64,000 nucleotides of DNA from an uncultured Candidatus Pelagibacter sp. (GCA_905620495.1 CAJQTK010000011.1:90-64089); one strand, 5' to 3'; shown: positions 1 through 10,369, numbered from the stretch's first letter. Notes: generated from the letters alone by a model not told the origin. Program-made: numbers and translations.

Positions 1-1
1 T

Positions 2-283
2 ATTACAGATAAAGATTCAATTTTTATATACACAGGAATTCAGGCACAATACGAAATTGGCCCTTTAAAAATTACTCCAAGCTTTGCACCTGGTTATTAC
101 GAGAGAGGTAGTGGTAAAGATTTAGGAATGGCATTAGAATTTCAAAGCAAAATAAAATTAAGTTTTGATTTTTTTAAAGATACTAAAATAGGTTACTCTT
201 ACAGCCACGTATCAAATAATGACTGGGGAACTATAAATCCAGGTGTTAACAATGAAAAAATTTCATTTTCTAAAATTTTTTAG
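2..283 (+). CDS. PagL-like lipid A 3-O-deacylase / acyloxyacyl hydrolase family outer-membrane protein, 5' truncated by window edge
   Basis: Not in ORF track. Frame 2 is open to TAG at 281-283 and reads ...PGYYERGSGKDLGMALEFQSK...YSYSHVSNNDWGTINPGVNN...SKIF, with the HxSN and NPGxN motifs and C-terminal Phe of PagL beta-barrels. Confidence 0.8.
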   Translation: MTDKDSIFIYTGIQAQYEIGPLKITPSFAPGYYERGSGKDLGMALEFQSKIKLSFDFFKDTKIGYSYSHVSNNDWGTINPGVNNEKISFSKIF

Positions 284-287
284 ATAA

Positions 288-1439
288 ATGAATTTAAATG
301 ATTGTTATAATTTTAATGACTTTAGAAAGTTAGCAAAAAAAAAATTACCTTCTCCAATTTTTCATTACATCGATGGTGGCGCAGATGATGAAAAAACTTT
401 AAAAAGAAACACTGATTCTTTTGATGACTGTGATCTAATTCCAAATATTCTTGCTAGTGTTGGTAAACCAGATCTTTCAACAACTGTTTTTGGAAAAAAA
501 ATTGATTTGCCAATTTTTCTTTCACCAACCGCAATGCAAAGACTTTATCACCACGAAGGAGACAAAGCATCCGCTAGAGCTGCAGAAAAATTTGGAACTT
601 TTTATAGTATGTCTACTATGGCCAATAATACCATTGAAGAGGTTGCTGATATTTCAAATGGACCAAAATTATTTCAACTATATGTTCATAAAGATCAATC
701 AATTACTGATGACTTAATAGATAGATGTAAAGTGTCAGGTTTTAATGGTATGTGCTTAACAGTTGATACATTAGTTGCTGGTAATAGAGAAAAAGATCAT
801 AGAACTGGGTTTACTACTCCTCCAAAATTGACACTTCAAAGCTTAATAAGTTTTGCTATGAGACCTGAATGGGTATTTAATTATTTTACACATAAAAAGT
901 TTGAATTATCCAATGTTAAAAATAAAACAGATAAAGGAACAAATATTTCAAAATCAGTTATCGAATATATTAATGAACAATATGATCCGGCTATGAATTG
1001 GAAGGATGCTGAATATTGTGTAAAAAAATGGAACGGTCCATTTGCTCTTAAAGGTGTAATGTCAGTTGAAGATGCAAAAAGAGCGATAGATATTGGCTGC
1101 ACAGCAATAATGATTTCAAATCATGGAGGGAGACAATTAGATGGTTCAAGGTCACCTTTTGATCAAGTTAATGCAATTAGAGAGGCAGTTGGAGATAAAT
1201 TAGAGATTATCTTAGATGGCGGTGTAAGACGTGGAACCCATGTTTTAAAAGCTTTAGCAGCAGGTGCAACAGCATGTAGTTTTGGAAAAATGTTTTTATT
1301 TGCATTGAGCGCTGGGGGCCAACCAGGTGTGGAACGATTACTGCAAAATATGCATGATGAAATTAATAGGAACATGGTATTAATGGGCTGTAAGACTTTA
1401 AAAGAGCTGGATGCGTCAAAAATAATCTATAGAAAATAA
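288..1439 (+). CDS. lldD: FMN-dependent alpha-hydroxy acid oxidase/dehydrogenase (L-lactate dehydrogenase LldD / glycolate oxidase family)
   Basis: YIDGGA, FQLY, LTVD, SNHGGRQLDG and DGGVRRG motifs; exact substrate not determinable. Confidence 0.8.
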   Translation: MNLNDCYNFNDFRKLAKKKLPSPIFHYIDGGADDEKTLKRNTDSFDDCDLIPNILASVGKPDLSTTVFGKKIDLPIFLSPTAMQRLYHHEGDKASARAAEKFGTFYSMSTMANNTIEEVADISNGPKLFQLYVHKDQSITDDLIDRCKVSGFNGMCLTVDTLVAGNREKDHRTGFTTPPKLTLQSLISFAMRPEWVFNYFTHKKFELSNVKNKTDKGTNISKSVIEYINEQYDPAMNWKDAEYCVKKWNGPFALKGVMSVEDAKRAIDIGCTAIMISNHGGRQLDGSRSPFDQVNAIREAVGDKLEIILDGGVRRGTHVLKALAAGATACSFGKMFLFALSAGGQPGVERLLQNMHDEINRNMVLMGCKTLKELDASKIIYRK

Positions 1440-1506
1440 TTTTTCTTATTGAAATTAGTTATAAAAAAATAGATTAAATTAAAAAATATTAAGATTATAA
1501 TTATTA

Positions 1507-2670
1507 ATGAAATTAGCTAAAAATTTAAAAAGATTGGGAACTGAGTCAGCATTTAATGTTTTAGCTGAGGCAAAAAAATTAGAAGCACAAGGTAAACCAA
1601 TGATTCATCTGAGTCTTGGCCAACCTGATTTTAAAACTCCACAGCACGTGGTGGATGCGGCAAAAAAAGCTTTAGATGATGGTCATCATGGATATGTTAT
1701 GTCCAACGGTATTTTAGAATGTAGACAAGCCGTAACAAGAAAAATTAAAAAACTTTACAATAAAGATATTGATCCAGAAAGAGTTTTGATAATGCCAGGT
1801 GGAAAGCCAACAATGTATTATGCAATACAATGTTTTGGTGAGCCAGGCGCTGAGATTATTCATCCAACACCAGCCTTTCCAATTTATGAGTCTATGATTA
1901 ATTATACAGGATCAACGGCCGTTCCTTATGATTTAACAGAAGACAAAGATTTGAAATTTAATCCAGAAAAAATTTTATCTCTAATTACAGATAAAACTAG
2001 ATTGCTAATACTAATTAATCCAAACAATCCTACTGGAAGTTTTGTTGAAAAATCTGCAATAGATGTATTAGCAGAAGGACTTAAAAAACATCCCCACGTA
2101 GCAATCCTTAGTGATGAAATTTACAGTAGACAAATTTATGATGGAAAAGAAATGCCAACATTTTTTAACTACCCTGATCTTCAAGATAGATTAATAGTTT
2201 TAGATGGTTGGAGTAAAGCTTACTCAATGACAGGCTGGAGAATGGGCTGGAGTGTATGGCCTGAAGAATTAATACCTCATGTAAATAAATTAATTATCAA
2301 TAGTGTTTCATGTGTTAATGCACCCTCACAGTTTGCAGGAATTGCCGCACTAGATGGACCAGATGATGCTATTCATGAAATGATGAAAGAATTTGATATT
2401 AGAAGAAAATTAATTCACGAAGGCCTTAATAGTTTACCAGGTATTGAATGCAGCCTTCCAGAGGGAGCATTTTATGTTTTCCCAAAAGTGATAGGAACGG
2501 GGATGAATGGTTCAGAATTTGCAAAAAAATGCATGTATGAAGCAGGAGTAGCAATAATCCCAGGAGCAGCGTTTGGTAAAACTTCTACGGATTATGTAAG
2601 ATTTAGTTACGCAGCCTCTCAGGACAACATATCTAACGCATTGGAAAATATTAAAAAAATGCTAGGTTAA
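1507..2670 (+). CDS. PLP-dependent class I/II aminotransferase (aspartate aminotransferase-like)
   Basis: GQPDF, NPNNPTG, SDEIY, WSKAYSMTGWRMG (PLP lysine). Confidence 0.9.
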   Translation: MKLAKNLKRLGTESAFNVLAEAKKLEAQGKPMIHLSLGQPDFKTPQHVVDAAKKALDDGHHGYVMSNGILECRQAVTRKIKKLYNKDIDPERVLIMPGGKPTMYYAIQCFGEPGAEIIHPTPAFPIYESMINYTGSTAVPYDLTEDKDLKFNPEKILSLITDKTRLLILINPNNPTGSFVEKSAIDVLAEGLKKHPHVAILSDEIYSRQIYDGKEMPTFFNYPDLQDRLIVLDGWSKAYSMTGWRMGWSVWPEELIPHVNKLIINSVSCVNAPSQFAGIAALDGPDDAIHEMMKEFDIRRKLIHEGLNSLPGIECSLPEGAFYVFPKVIGTGMNGSEFAKKCMYEAGVAIIPGAAFGKTSTDYVRFSYAASQDNISNALENIKKMLG

Positions 2671-2675
2671 GACTA

Positions 2676-4172
2676 ATGAGTGAATTAGTTTTACCAAAGA
2701 TTAATAAAGAAACGATTTCTAAAAAAGAATATATTTTTAAGAATCTTGCAAAAATAATAAATCCAGAAAATGTTTTAAGTCACGCGGATGAGATTAAGCC
2801 GTATGAAACTGATGCACTGGCAGCTTACACGCAAACACCGTTAGCAGTTGTGATGCCAGAAAATACAGAAGAAGTAAGTAATATCTTAAAATTTTGCCAT
2901 AAAGAAAATATAAAAGTTGTGCCAAGAGGCGCGGGTACAGGTCTTTCAGGTGGAGCATTACCATTAAACGATGCAATTCTATTAAGTCTTGGAAAATTTA
3001 ATAAAATTATAGAAATCGATTTTGAAAACAAATGTGTGGTTACTCAACCTGGTGTCACAAATTTAGGAATAACTCATGCTGTACAACATAAAAATTTTTA
3101 TTATGCGCCTGATCCATCCAGCCAACTTGCTTGTTCGATAGGAGGCAATGTTGCTGAAAATTCTGGTGGCGTTCATTCATTAAAATATGGAACAACTACT
3201 AATAATATTTTAGGTGTTGAAATGGTTATGATGGACGGAACTATTTGTAGAATTGGTGGAAAAACTCTTGATCAAGAAGGATACGACCTAATGGGATTAA
3301 TTTGTGGTTCAGAAGGATTACTAGGAGTAATTACTGAAGTGACAGTTAAAATTTTAAAAAACCCACAAATAGTTAAAGCAGCATTAATAGGTTTTCCAAC
3401 AATCGAAGAAGGTGGGAATGCAACTTCAGAAATTATCGCTAGTGGAATTGTTCCAGCAGGCATGGAGATAATGGATAAAGTTTTAATAGAAGCAACAGAT
3501 AATTTTAGTAAAGCAGGCTATCCAAGAGATGCTGAACTTTTATTAATTGTTGAATTAGATGGAACAGAATCTGAAGTAGATGAATTATTAAAGCAAGTTA
3601 GTAGCATTTGTAAAAAAAATAATTGCTCAAGTTTAAAATTAAGCAAAAATGAAAAAGAAAGACTTTCATTTTGGGCAGGTAGAAAAGCAGCATTTCCAGC
3701 ATGTGGAGCTATGGCACCAGACTATTATTGTATGGATGGTTCTATCCCGAGAGGAAAACTAACAGAAGCTTTATTAGAGATAAAAAGACTATCTGAAAAG
3801 TATGAATTACCAGTAGCAAACTGTTTTCATGCGGGTGATGGAAATTTACACCCATTAATAATGTTTGATGGAAGTGACAAAGAACAACTAAGAAAAACTG
3901 AAGAATTTGGTGCTGAAATTTTAAAGGCCTGTGTAAGACTAGGAGGGGTTATAACTGGAGAGCATGGTGTTGGAATAGAAAAAAGAGAACTAATGTGTGA
4001 AATGTTTAATAACGATGATATTCAGCAACAACTAGATATCAAATTATCACTAGATGAAAAAAATTTATTAAATCCTGGAAAAGTTTATCCAATATTGAGA
4101 AAATGTGCAGAGGAAGGAAGAGTACATGTCCACAGAAATGAAGAAAAATTCCCAGATCTTCCAAGATTCTAA
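2676..4172 (+). CDS. glcD: Glycolate oxidase subunit GlcD (FAD-linked)
   Basis: PRGAGTGLSGGA, APDPSS, HAGDGNLHP, GEHGVG, LNPGK; followed by glcE and glcF. Confidence 0.92.
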   Translation: MSELVLPKINKETISKKEYIFKNLAKIINPENVLSHADEIKPYETDALAAYTQTPLAVVMPENTEEVSNILKFCHKENIKVVPRGAGTGLSGGALPLNDAILLSLGKFNKIIEIDFENKCVVTQPGVTNLGITHAVQHKNFYYAPDPSSQLACSIGGNVAENSGGVHSLKYGTTTNNILGVEMVMMDGTICRIGGKTLDQEGYDLMGLICGSEGLLGVITEVTVKILKNPQIVKAALIGFPTIEEGGNATSEIIASGIVPAGMEIMDKVLIEATDNFSKAGYPRDAELLLIVELDGTESEVDELLKQVSSICKKNNCSSLKLSKNEKERLSFWAGRKAAFPACGAMAPDYYCMDGSIPRGKLTEALLEIKRLSEKYELPVANCFHAGDGNLHPLIMFDGSDKEQLRKTEEFGAEILKACVRLGGVITGEHGVGIEKRELMCEMFNNDDIQQQLDIKLSLDEKNLLNPGKVYPILRKCAEEGRVHVHRNEEKFPDLPRF

Positions 4173-5406
4173 TAATACTTATTATCCTGAAGATGAACTA
4201 CAAGTTTCAAGTGTAGTTAAAGAGCTCTATAAAAAAAAACAACCAACAGAACTAATAGGCACAAGTTCAAAAAGTTTTATTGGTAATAAAATTCAGTCAG
4301 CAAAAAAATTATCTCTTTCTAAGTTATCGGGAATAATAGAATATTTACCTGAAGAGCTTTATATTAAAGTTAAAGCAAATACTCCAATAGAGGTGGTTGA
4401 AAAAGAATTAGAAAAAAATAATCAAGAGCTAGCCTTTGAGCCTATTGATTTTGGATTTATTGAATCTGGAAAATCAAACAAAGGAACTATAGCAGGTCAC
4501 TTATCTTGTAATTTTGCTGGCTCTAGAAGGTTTAAAGTGGGCAGTATAAGAGATCACATTTTAGGCTTTAGAGGCGTGAATGGCAAAGGTGATATAATTA
4601 AATCAGGTGGAACAGTCGTAAAAAATGTTACGGGTTATGATTTGTCAAAACTTGTTACAGGATCTTTTGGAACGTTAGTTGCATTAACTGAAATTACATT
4701 AAAAGTTTTACCTAAAAAAAAATCATCTAATACAATTACAATTAATACTGATGATAAAAAATTAGTTAATGAATTATTTGAAAAAATTTCAAGTTCTAGT
4801 AGTGAAGTTTCAGGAGCAGTTTATATTCCCGAGGAACCAAAAGATGAAAGTTATGATCATAACAAAGAAATGGTTTTTAAATTTAATGATTTAGAAAATA
4901 AAGGCTCATTTGTAGCATTAAGAATAGACGGAGATAAAATATCAATAGATGAAAAAATAAAAACTTTAACTGATGAATTAGAACTTAATAAATTAAATAC
5001 AACTATTTTAGATGTTCATCAATCAACCCCATTTTGGATAAAAATAAATAACCTTGAGTTATTTACACAAACAAAAAATAACTTATTGAGAGTAGTAATA
5101 CCTCCTTCTCAAGGTAAAAAACTAATGCAATACTTGGACAATAAGTATAAATATTATATTGATTGGTGCGGATCATTATATTGGATAGAAGTTCAGTCCA
5201 AGAAGAACGCTAAGGTTGGGGAGATTAAAAATTTAATTAAAGAACTTGGTGGGTATTTAACTGTTATAAAGACATCAAATGAATATGATTATGAAGAGAC
5301 GATTTTTACTGTAGATGATACAAGACTTTTAATATCAGAAAAGATTAAAAAAAGTTTCGACCCTAAAAGAATTTTTAATCCTGGAAAGATGTATAGAGGA
5401 ATTTAA
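4126..5406 (+). CDS. glcE: Glycolate oxidase FAD-binding subunit GlcE
   Basis: GSIRDHILG, GGTVVKNVTGYDL, FDPKRIFNPG; first ATG (4126) taken as start, overlaps the glcD end, start uncertain. Confidence 0.88.
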   Translation: MSTEMKKNSQIFQDSNNTYYPEDELQVSSVVKELYKKKQPTELIGTSSKSFIGNKIQSAKKLSLSKLSGIIEYLPEELYIKVKANTPIEVVEKELEKNNQELAFEPIDFGFIESGKSNKGTIAGHLSCNFAGSRRFKVGSIRDHILGFRGVNGKGDIIKSGGTVVKNVTGYDLSKLVTGSFGTLVALTEITLKVLPKKKSSNTITINTDDKKLVNELFEKISSSSSEVSGAVYIPEEPKDESYDHNKEMVFKFNDLENKGSFVALRIDGDKISIDEKIKTLTDELELNKLNTTILDVHQSTPFWIKINNLELFTQTKNNLLRVVIPPSQGKKLMQYLDNKYKYYIDWCGSLYWIEVQSKKNAKVGEIKNLIKELGGYLTVIKTSNEYDYEETIFTVDDTRLLISEKIKKSFDPKRIFNPGKMYRGI

Positions 5407-6701
5407 TGCAAACTAATTTTACAGAAAAACAATTACAAGATAACGACAACGCATCTACTGAAAAAATACTTAAAAAATGTGTTCATTGTGGCTTTTGTAA
5501 TGCTACTTGTCCTACTCATCAAATATTTGGTGATGAATTAGATGGACCAAGAGGTAGAATTTATTTGATCAAAGACATGTTAGAAAATCAAAAAAAACCA
5601 ACAGCAAAGACAGTAAAACATATAGATAGATGTTTATCTTGCTACAGCTGCATGACCACTTGTCCTTCTGGCGTAAATTACATGCACATTATCGATCATG
5701 GCAAGAAATACATTGAAAAAAATTATGAAAGATCTTTTTTTGATAGAACAATTAGGACTTTTTTATCAGTAGTCTTGCCAAATACAGAATATTTTAGACT
5801 GACTAGTTATATGGTAAAACTAGCAAAACCTCTTCAATTTCTAATGCCATTAAAAATAAAAGACATGATGAATTTAATGCCTACAAGTTTTCCTAAAAAA
5901 ACTTTAAAACAAAAAGAAATTTATTCTGTGACTGGCCAAAAGAAGATTGCAAGGGTTGCGCTTTTAACTGGATGTGTTCAAAAAGAAATCTCTCCTCAAA
6001 TAAATGAGTCAACTATTCGTCTTTTAAATAGACATGGTGTTGAAGTAATTGTGCCTAAAAAAATAAGATGTTGTGGCTCTTTAAATCATCATTTAGGCAA
6101 AGAAGATGATGCACATCAAGATTTTAGAAACAATATTAATACTTGGTACGATGAACATAAAAAAGGTAATTTAGATGCAATTTTATCTAACACATCTGGC
6201 TGTGGTACTACAATGAAAGACTATGGGTTTATCTTTAAAGATGATGAAGAAATAAAAAAAAAAGCCAAAGTAATATCTGAATTAACAAAAGATGTTTCAG
6301 AATATTTAAGTGAAAGTATAAAATTAAATTTTAAAGCAAAAGATAAGAAATATAAAATTGCCTACCATTCAGCTTGTTCGATGCAACATGGACAAAAAGT
6401 ACATGACCAACCCATATCGTTATTAAACAAAACAGAAAATGAAATCATGGAAATTCCAGAGGGACATATTTGCTGTGGATCAGCTGGTACATATAATATT
6501 TTACAAACTGAAATTGCCAAAGAATTATTGAAGAAAAAAGTAAATAACATTGAAGGTTTAAATCCAGATTTTATTTCAACAGGAAATATAGGATGTATTA
6601 CTCAAATATCTAATGGAACAAAAACACCAATTTTACATACTATTGAGGTATTAGATTGGTATACTGGTGGACCAAAACCAAAAATATTACAAAGAAATTA
6701 A
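5406..6701 (+). CDS. glcF: Glycolate oxidase iron-sulfur subunit GlcF
   Basis: CVHCGFCNATCP, CLSCYSCMTTCP, two CCG domains. Confidence 0.93.
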   Translation: MQTNFTEKQLQDNDNASTEKILKKCVHCGFCNATCPTHQIFGDELDGPRGRIYLIKDMLENQKKPTAKTVKHIDRCLSCYSCMTTCPSGVNYMHIIDHGKKYIEKNYERSFFDRTIRTFLSVVLPNTEYFRLTSYMVKLAKPLQFLMPLKIKDMMNLMPTSFPKKTLKQKEIYSVTGQKKIARVALLTGCVQKEISPQINESTIRLLNRHGVEVIVPKKIRCCGSLNHHLGKEDDAHQDFRNNINTWYDEHKKGNLDAILSNTSGCGTTMKDYGFIFKDDEEIKKKAKVISELTKDVSEYLSESIKLNFKAKDKKYKIAYHSACSMQHGQKVHDQPISLLNKTENEIMEIPEGHICCGSAGTYNILQTEIAKELLKKKVNNIEGLNPDFISTGNIGCITQISNGTKTPILHTIEVLDWYTGGPKPKILQRN

Positions 6702-6703
6702 CT

Positions 6704-7657
6704 ATGAAAAAAATTATAATTACGAGAAGACTTTTAAAAGAATCTGAAGAAAAAGCTTTAAAAACATTTGATGCAAAACTTAATGGTAATGACGAATTAT
6801 ATTCTCAATCAAAACTTATTGAATTAAGCGAAGGTTATGATGCAATCCTAACGTCTTTAACAGATAAGATGGATGAAGAAACAATAAATAAATTACCAAG
6901 CAGTGTTAAAGTTATTTCAAACTTTGCAGTTGGTTTTGGAAATATAGATTTAGAAGCAGCTAAAAAAAGAGGAATTGCAGTAACTAATACACCTGAAGTT
7001 TTATCAGACGCTACAGCTGAGATTGGAATTTTATTAATACTTGGTGCTTGCAGAAGAGTTCCAGAAGGAACTCAAAGTGCAAAAGAAAGTAATTGGAAAT
7101 GGTCTGCTGATTTTCTGATAGGAAAACAGTTAACTGGTTCAAGACTTGGGATTTTAGGAATGGGAAGAATAGGGCAAAAAATTGCTAAAATTGCTAAAGC
7201 ATTAGGTATGATTATTCATTATCACAACAGATCTAAATTAAGTGAAGAAAAAGAACAAGGTGCCATCTATCATGACAGTATTAAAGGTCTTTTTGAAGTT
7301 TCGGATGTGTTGTCAATCTGCTGCCCAGCAACCAAAGAAACGGAAAATTTAATTAATAAAGAAACATTAGAATATTTTCCAACAGGCGCGGTTATTACAA
7401 ATGTAGCTCGTGGAGATATTGTCGATGATGAAGCTTTAATTGATGCACTAAATAGAAGAAAAATTTATGCGACAGGGTTAGACGTTTACAAAGGTGAACC
7501 AAATTTAAATCCTGGTTATCTTAAAACAAAAAGTGCTTTTATTTTACCCCATCTTGGAAGTTCCACCAAACACACAAGAACAGCAATGGCTAATTTAGCA
7601 ATAGATAATATTGATGAGTTTTTAAAAACTGGAAATTGTAAAAATAAAGTAAATTAG
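6704..7657 (+). CDS. D-2-hydroxyacid dehydrogenase (glyoxylate/hydroxypyruvate reductase-like)
   Basis: GMGRIG Rossmann motif, NVARG, GLDVY, LPHLGS; ATG at 6704 just after the glcF stop. Confidence 0.88.
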   Translation: MKKIIITRRLLKESEEKALKTFDAKLNGNDELYSQSKLIELSEGYDAILTSLTDKMDEETINKLPSSVKVISNFAVGFGNIDLEAAKKRGIAVTNTPEVLSDATAEIGILLILGACRRVPEGTQSAKESNWKWSADFLIGKQLTGSRLGILGMGRIGQKIAKIAKALGMIIHYHNRSKLSEEKEQGAIYHDSIKGLFEVSDVLSICCPATKETENLINKETLEYFPTGAVITNVARGDIVDDEALIDALNRRKIYATGLDVYKGEPNLNPGYLKTKSAFILPHLGSSTKHTRTAMANLAIDNIDEFLKTGNCKNKVN

Positions 7658-7679
7658 TTTTACTAATATATTTTAATTA

Positions 7680-8897
7680 ATGCATAAGGTTATTTTACCA
7701 AAACATAAAGCAATCACAATTTTTTTAGTATTTGCTTTTGGTTATTATATTTCTAATTTATTAAGATCAATTACAGCAACAATTTCTCCCGAACTTGTAT
7801 CTGAATTTAATCTTTCAGCAGGAGACTTGGGTTTATTGGGAGGGGGATATTTTTTAGGTTTTGCCTCTGTTCAAATCCCAGTAGGTTATCTTTTGGATAG
7901 CAAGGGACCAAAAAAAATAGTTTCATATTTTTTACTTATAGCGATATTGGGAATGGTTTCTTTTGCTCTATCAAAAAATTTTACAATACTTTTACTATCA
8001 AGAATTTTAATTGGTGTGGGTGTCGGCGCTTGTTTAATGGGCCCCTTAACTGCTTATAGAATTTGGTTTCAAGATGAAACACAACAAAGAGCTAATTCAT
8101 GGATGTTAATGACTGGCGCAATAGGAATGCTTTCATCAAGTCTTCCAGTTCAATTTTTTTTACCAATTATAGGATGGAGAGCAATATTTGGAGTATTAGC
8201 CTTATTGACTTTGCTAACTATTTTTTTAATTATTTATTTTATTCCAAATTGGAATCAAAAAGAAAATAGAAAAAATACAGAGGATAAAGGGTCACTAAAA
8301 GAGATTTGGCAAAATAACTTTTTTAAAAGTTTGGTACCAATGGGCTTTTTTAACTATGGAGGCTTATTTGCAATTCAAACTCTTTGGGCAGGACCTTGGA
8401 TGATTAAAGTTTCTGGATACACAGCTGAAGAAAGTGCGAATGGCCTTTTCATAATCTATCTTTCACTCTTATTATCTTTCTTATGTTGGGGATATTTTGT
8501 ACCAAAGATTTCTAAAAGTGTTTCTGATGCCATAAGATTATTAAAATTTGGGGCACCATTAAATTTGTTAGTTTTATCCTATATAATTTATTTGGGTCCT
8601 AAAGCAGGCGCATTTCACTTGGCATTTTTTGCAGTAAGCTCTGTATTTTTGTCTTTAACTCAACCAGCTGTAGGAATGGCTTTTTCACTTTCTAACGCTG
8701 GTAAGGCCCTTACTTCCTTTAATTTACTATTGTTTATAGGAGCATTTGCAGTGCAATGGATCATTGGAATTATAATTGATTCTTCAGTTAGTTTAGGTTT
8801 TTCGGAAGTTATAGGCTTTAAGGCTGGAATGATGTTTATATTAATAACATCTTTTTTTTCTTATCTATTTTTTTTAGTAAAAAATTTTAAGAACTAA
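7680..8897 (+). CDS. MFS transporter
   Basis: About 12 hydrophobic segments; motif A variant GYLLDSKGPKK. Confidence 0.85.
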   Translation: MHKVILPKHKAITIFLVFAFGYYISNLLRSITATISPELVSEFNLSAGDLGLLGGGYFLGFASVQIPVGYLLDSKGPKKIVSYFLLIAILGMVSFALSKNFTILLLSRILIGVGVGACLMGPLTAYRIWFQDETQQRANSWMLMTGAIGMLSSSLPVQFFLPIIGWRAIFGVLALLTLLTIFLIIYFIPNWNQKENRKNTEDKGSLKEIWQNNFFKSLVPMGFFNYGGLFAIQTLWAGPWMIKVSGYTAEESANGLFIIYLSLLLSFLCWGYFVPKISKSVSDAIRLLKFGAPLNLLVLSYIIYLGPKAGAFHLAFFAVSSVFLSLTQPAVGMAFSLSNAGKALTSFNLLLFIGAFAVQWIIGIIIDSSVSLGFSEVIGFKAGMMFILITSFFSYLFFLVKNFKN

Positions 8898-8942
8898 TCT
8901 TTTATATATGCTTATAAATAGTTGTTCTTGAAATTTTTTATT

Positions 8943-8970
8943 AAAAGATCAGTAATTAAACTGACCTTTT
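8943..8970 (+). terminator. Candidate intrinsic terminator after the glc/MFS cluster
   Basis: AAAAGATCAGT-AATTAA-ACTGACCTTTT inverted repeat (one mismatch) ending in T4. Confidence 0.45.
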
Positions 8971-9136
8971 GACTTTGGGATCATTATATTAATAACAGTG
9001 AAGGTTTGTACAGAATGGTTTTTGAATTTAAACGGAATTAAGTTCGGTAAAAAGTATTTCTATAATTAGATAAGAAATACACAAATAACTTATTTATATT
9101 CTACTATAGATTGTATTTATGACAGCATATGTTCTT

Positions 9137-9150
9137 TTGTCTATAGACAA
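9137..9150. promoter_or_regulatory. Perfect 14-bp palindrome, candidate transcription-factor operator upstream of the TRAP operon
   Basis: TTGTCTATAGACAA equals its own reverse complement; about 55 nt upstream of the dctP start. Confidence 0.5.
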
Positions 9151-9205
9151 TTAACTCAATATACAATTAAATCTCAGAAGTTAATTAACTAATAGAGGAG
9201 AAATA

Positions 9206-10348
9206 ATGATTAAAGATAAAAAATCTTTGAAGGCTACAACACCTTCAAGACGTAAGTTCTTTAAAGTTGCTGCTGCATCATCCGCTACAGCTGTAGGTGT
9301 ATTAGCAATGCCGAACATTGCTTCAGCTGCCAAAACTTTAAAAGTTCAAGCTGCATGGGGAGGTGGAATATTTTTAGAGAATGCCCAAGCATATGTAAAA
9401 AGAGTTAACGACATGTCGGGAGGTAGTTTAAAGATAGACCTACTGCCTGTAAATTCTGTAGTGAAAACTAGTCAAATGCAAGATGCTGTTCACAGAGGTG
9501 TATTAGATGGAGCTCACTATGTGCCAGCGTATTGGTATAGTAAATCAGCTGCTGCCTCTCTTTTCGGTACTGGCCCTTGTTGGGGTTGGAGTGCAAATGA
9601 GATGTTAGGTTGGATTCACTATGGTGGTGGTAGAGAATTGTTTAATGAACTAATGGGTACTTTAGGATTAAACGTTGTTAGCTTCTTTAATAGTGCAATG
9701 CCAGCTCAGCCACTTGGATGGTTTAAAGAACAAATTAAAGCATCATCTCAAATGAAAGGTTTGAAATATCGTACTGTTGGATTAGCAGCAGATGTTCTTG
9801 GTGAAATGGGAATGTCAGTTGTTCAATTACCAGGTGGAGAAATTCAAGCAGCAATGAAGAGTGGATTAATTGATGCTGCTGAGTTTAATAACCCAACTTC
9901 AGATAGTGACTTTGGTATGCAAGATGTATCAAAACATTATCACTTAGCAAGTTTTCACCAATCTCAAGAAGCTTTTGAGATTACATTCAATAAGAAAACA
10001 TTTGGTGGTCTAGCTCCGGAATTGCAAAAAATTCTTGAGTATGCTTCTGAGGCTGAAAACTCAAACTTCTTCTGGCATAATACATTAAGATATGCTGATG
10101 ATCTTGGTAAGTTAAAGAACAAGCTTGGTGTTAATATTTATAGAACTCCAGATAGCGTTATGGCTGATCAGTTAAAGGCATGGGATGTAATTACTGATAA
10201 ATTTTCTAATAAAGATCCTTTCTTCAAAAAAGTAGTAGATTCTCAAAAAGTTTATGCCAAAAAAGTTATGGCATATCTATTGCTTAATCAACCTGATTAT
10301 GGAATGGCTTATAAGCATCACTTCGGTGAGCCTACAAAAGCGATATAA
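9206..10348 (+). CDS. dctP: TRAP transporter substrate-binding protein (DctP/TakP-type), Tat-exported
   Basis: Twin-arginine signal SRRKFFK; QPLGWF, KYRTVGL (conserved Arg), IDAAEF; strong SD GAGGAG; followed by dctQ and dctM. Confidence 0.9.
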   Translation: MIKDKKSLKATTPSRRKFFKVAAASSATAVGVLAMPNIASAAKTLKVQAAWGGGIFLENAQAYVKRVNDMSGGSLKIDLLPVNSVVKTSQMQDAVHRGVLDGAHYVPAYWYSKSAAASLFGTGPCWGWSANEMLGWIHYGGGRELFNELMGTLGLNVVSFFNSAMPAQPLGWFKEQIKASSQMKGLKYRTVGLAADVLGEMGMSVVQLPGGEIQAAMKSGLIDAAEFNNPTSDSDFGMQDVSKHYHLASFHQSQEAFEITFNKKTFGGLAPELQKILEYASEAENSNFFWHNTLRYADDLGKLKNKLGVNIYRTPDSVMADQLKAWDVITDKFSNKDPFFKKVVDSQKVYAKKVMAYLLLNQPDYGMAYKHHFGEPTKAI

Positions 10349-10369
10349 GTAATCACAAATAATACTTCT

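Noticed and set aside
8898-9205. Hidden small ORF in the long intergenic gap
   Set aside because: Frames checked by eye gave only short stretches with no credible start or RBS
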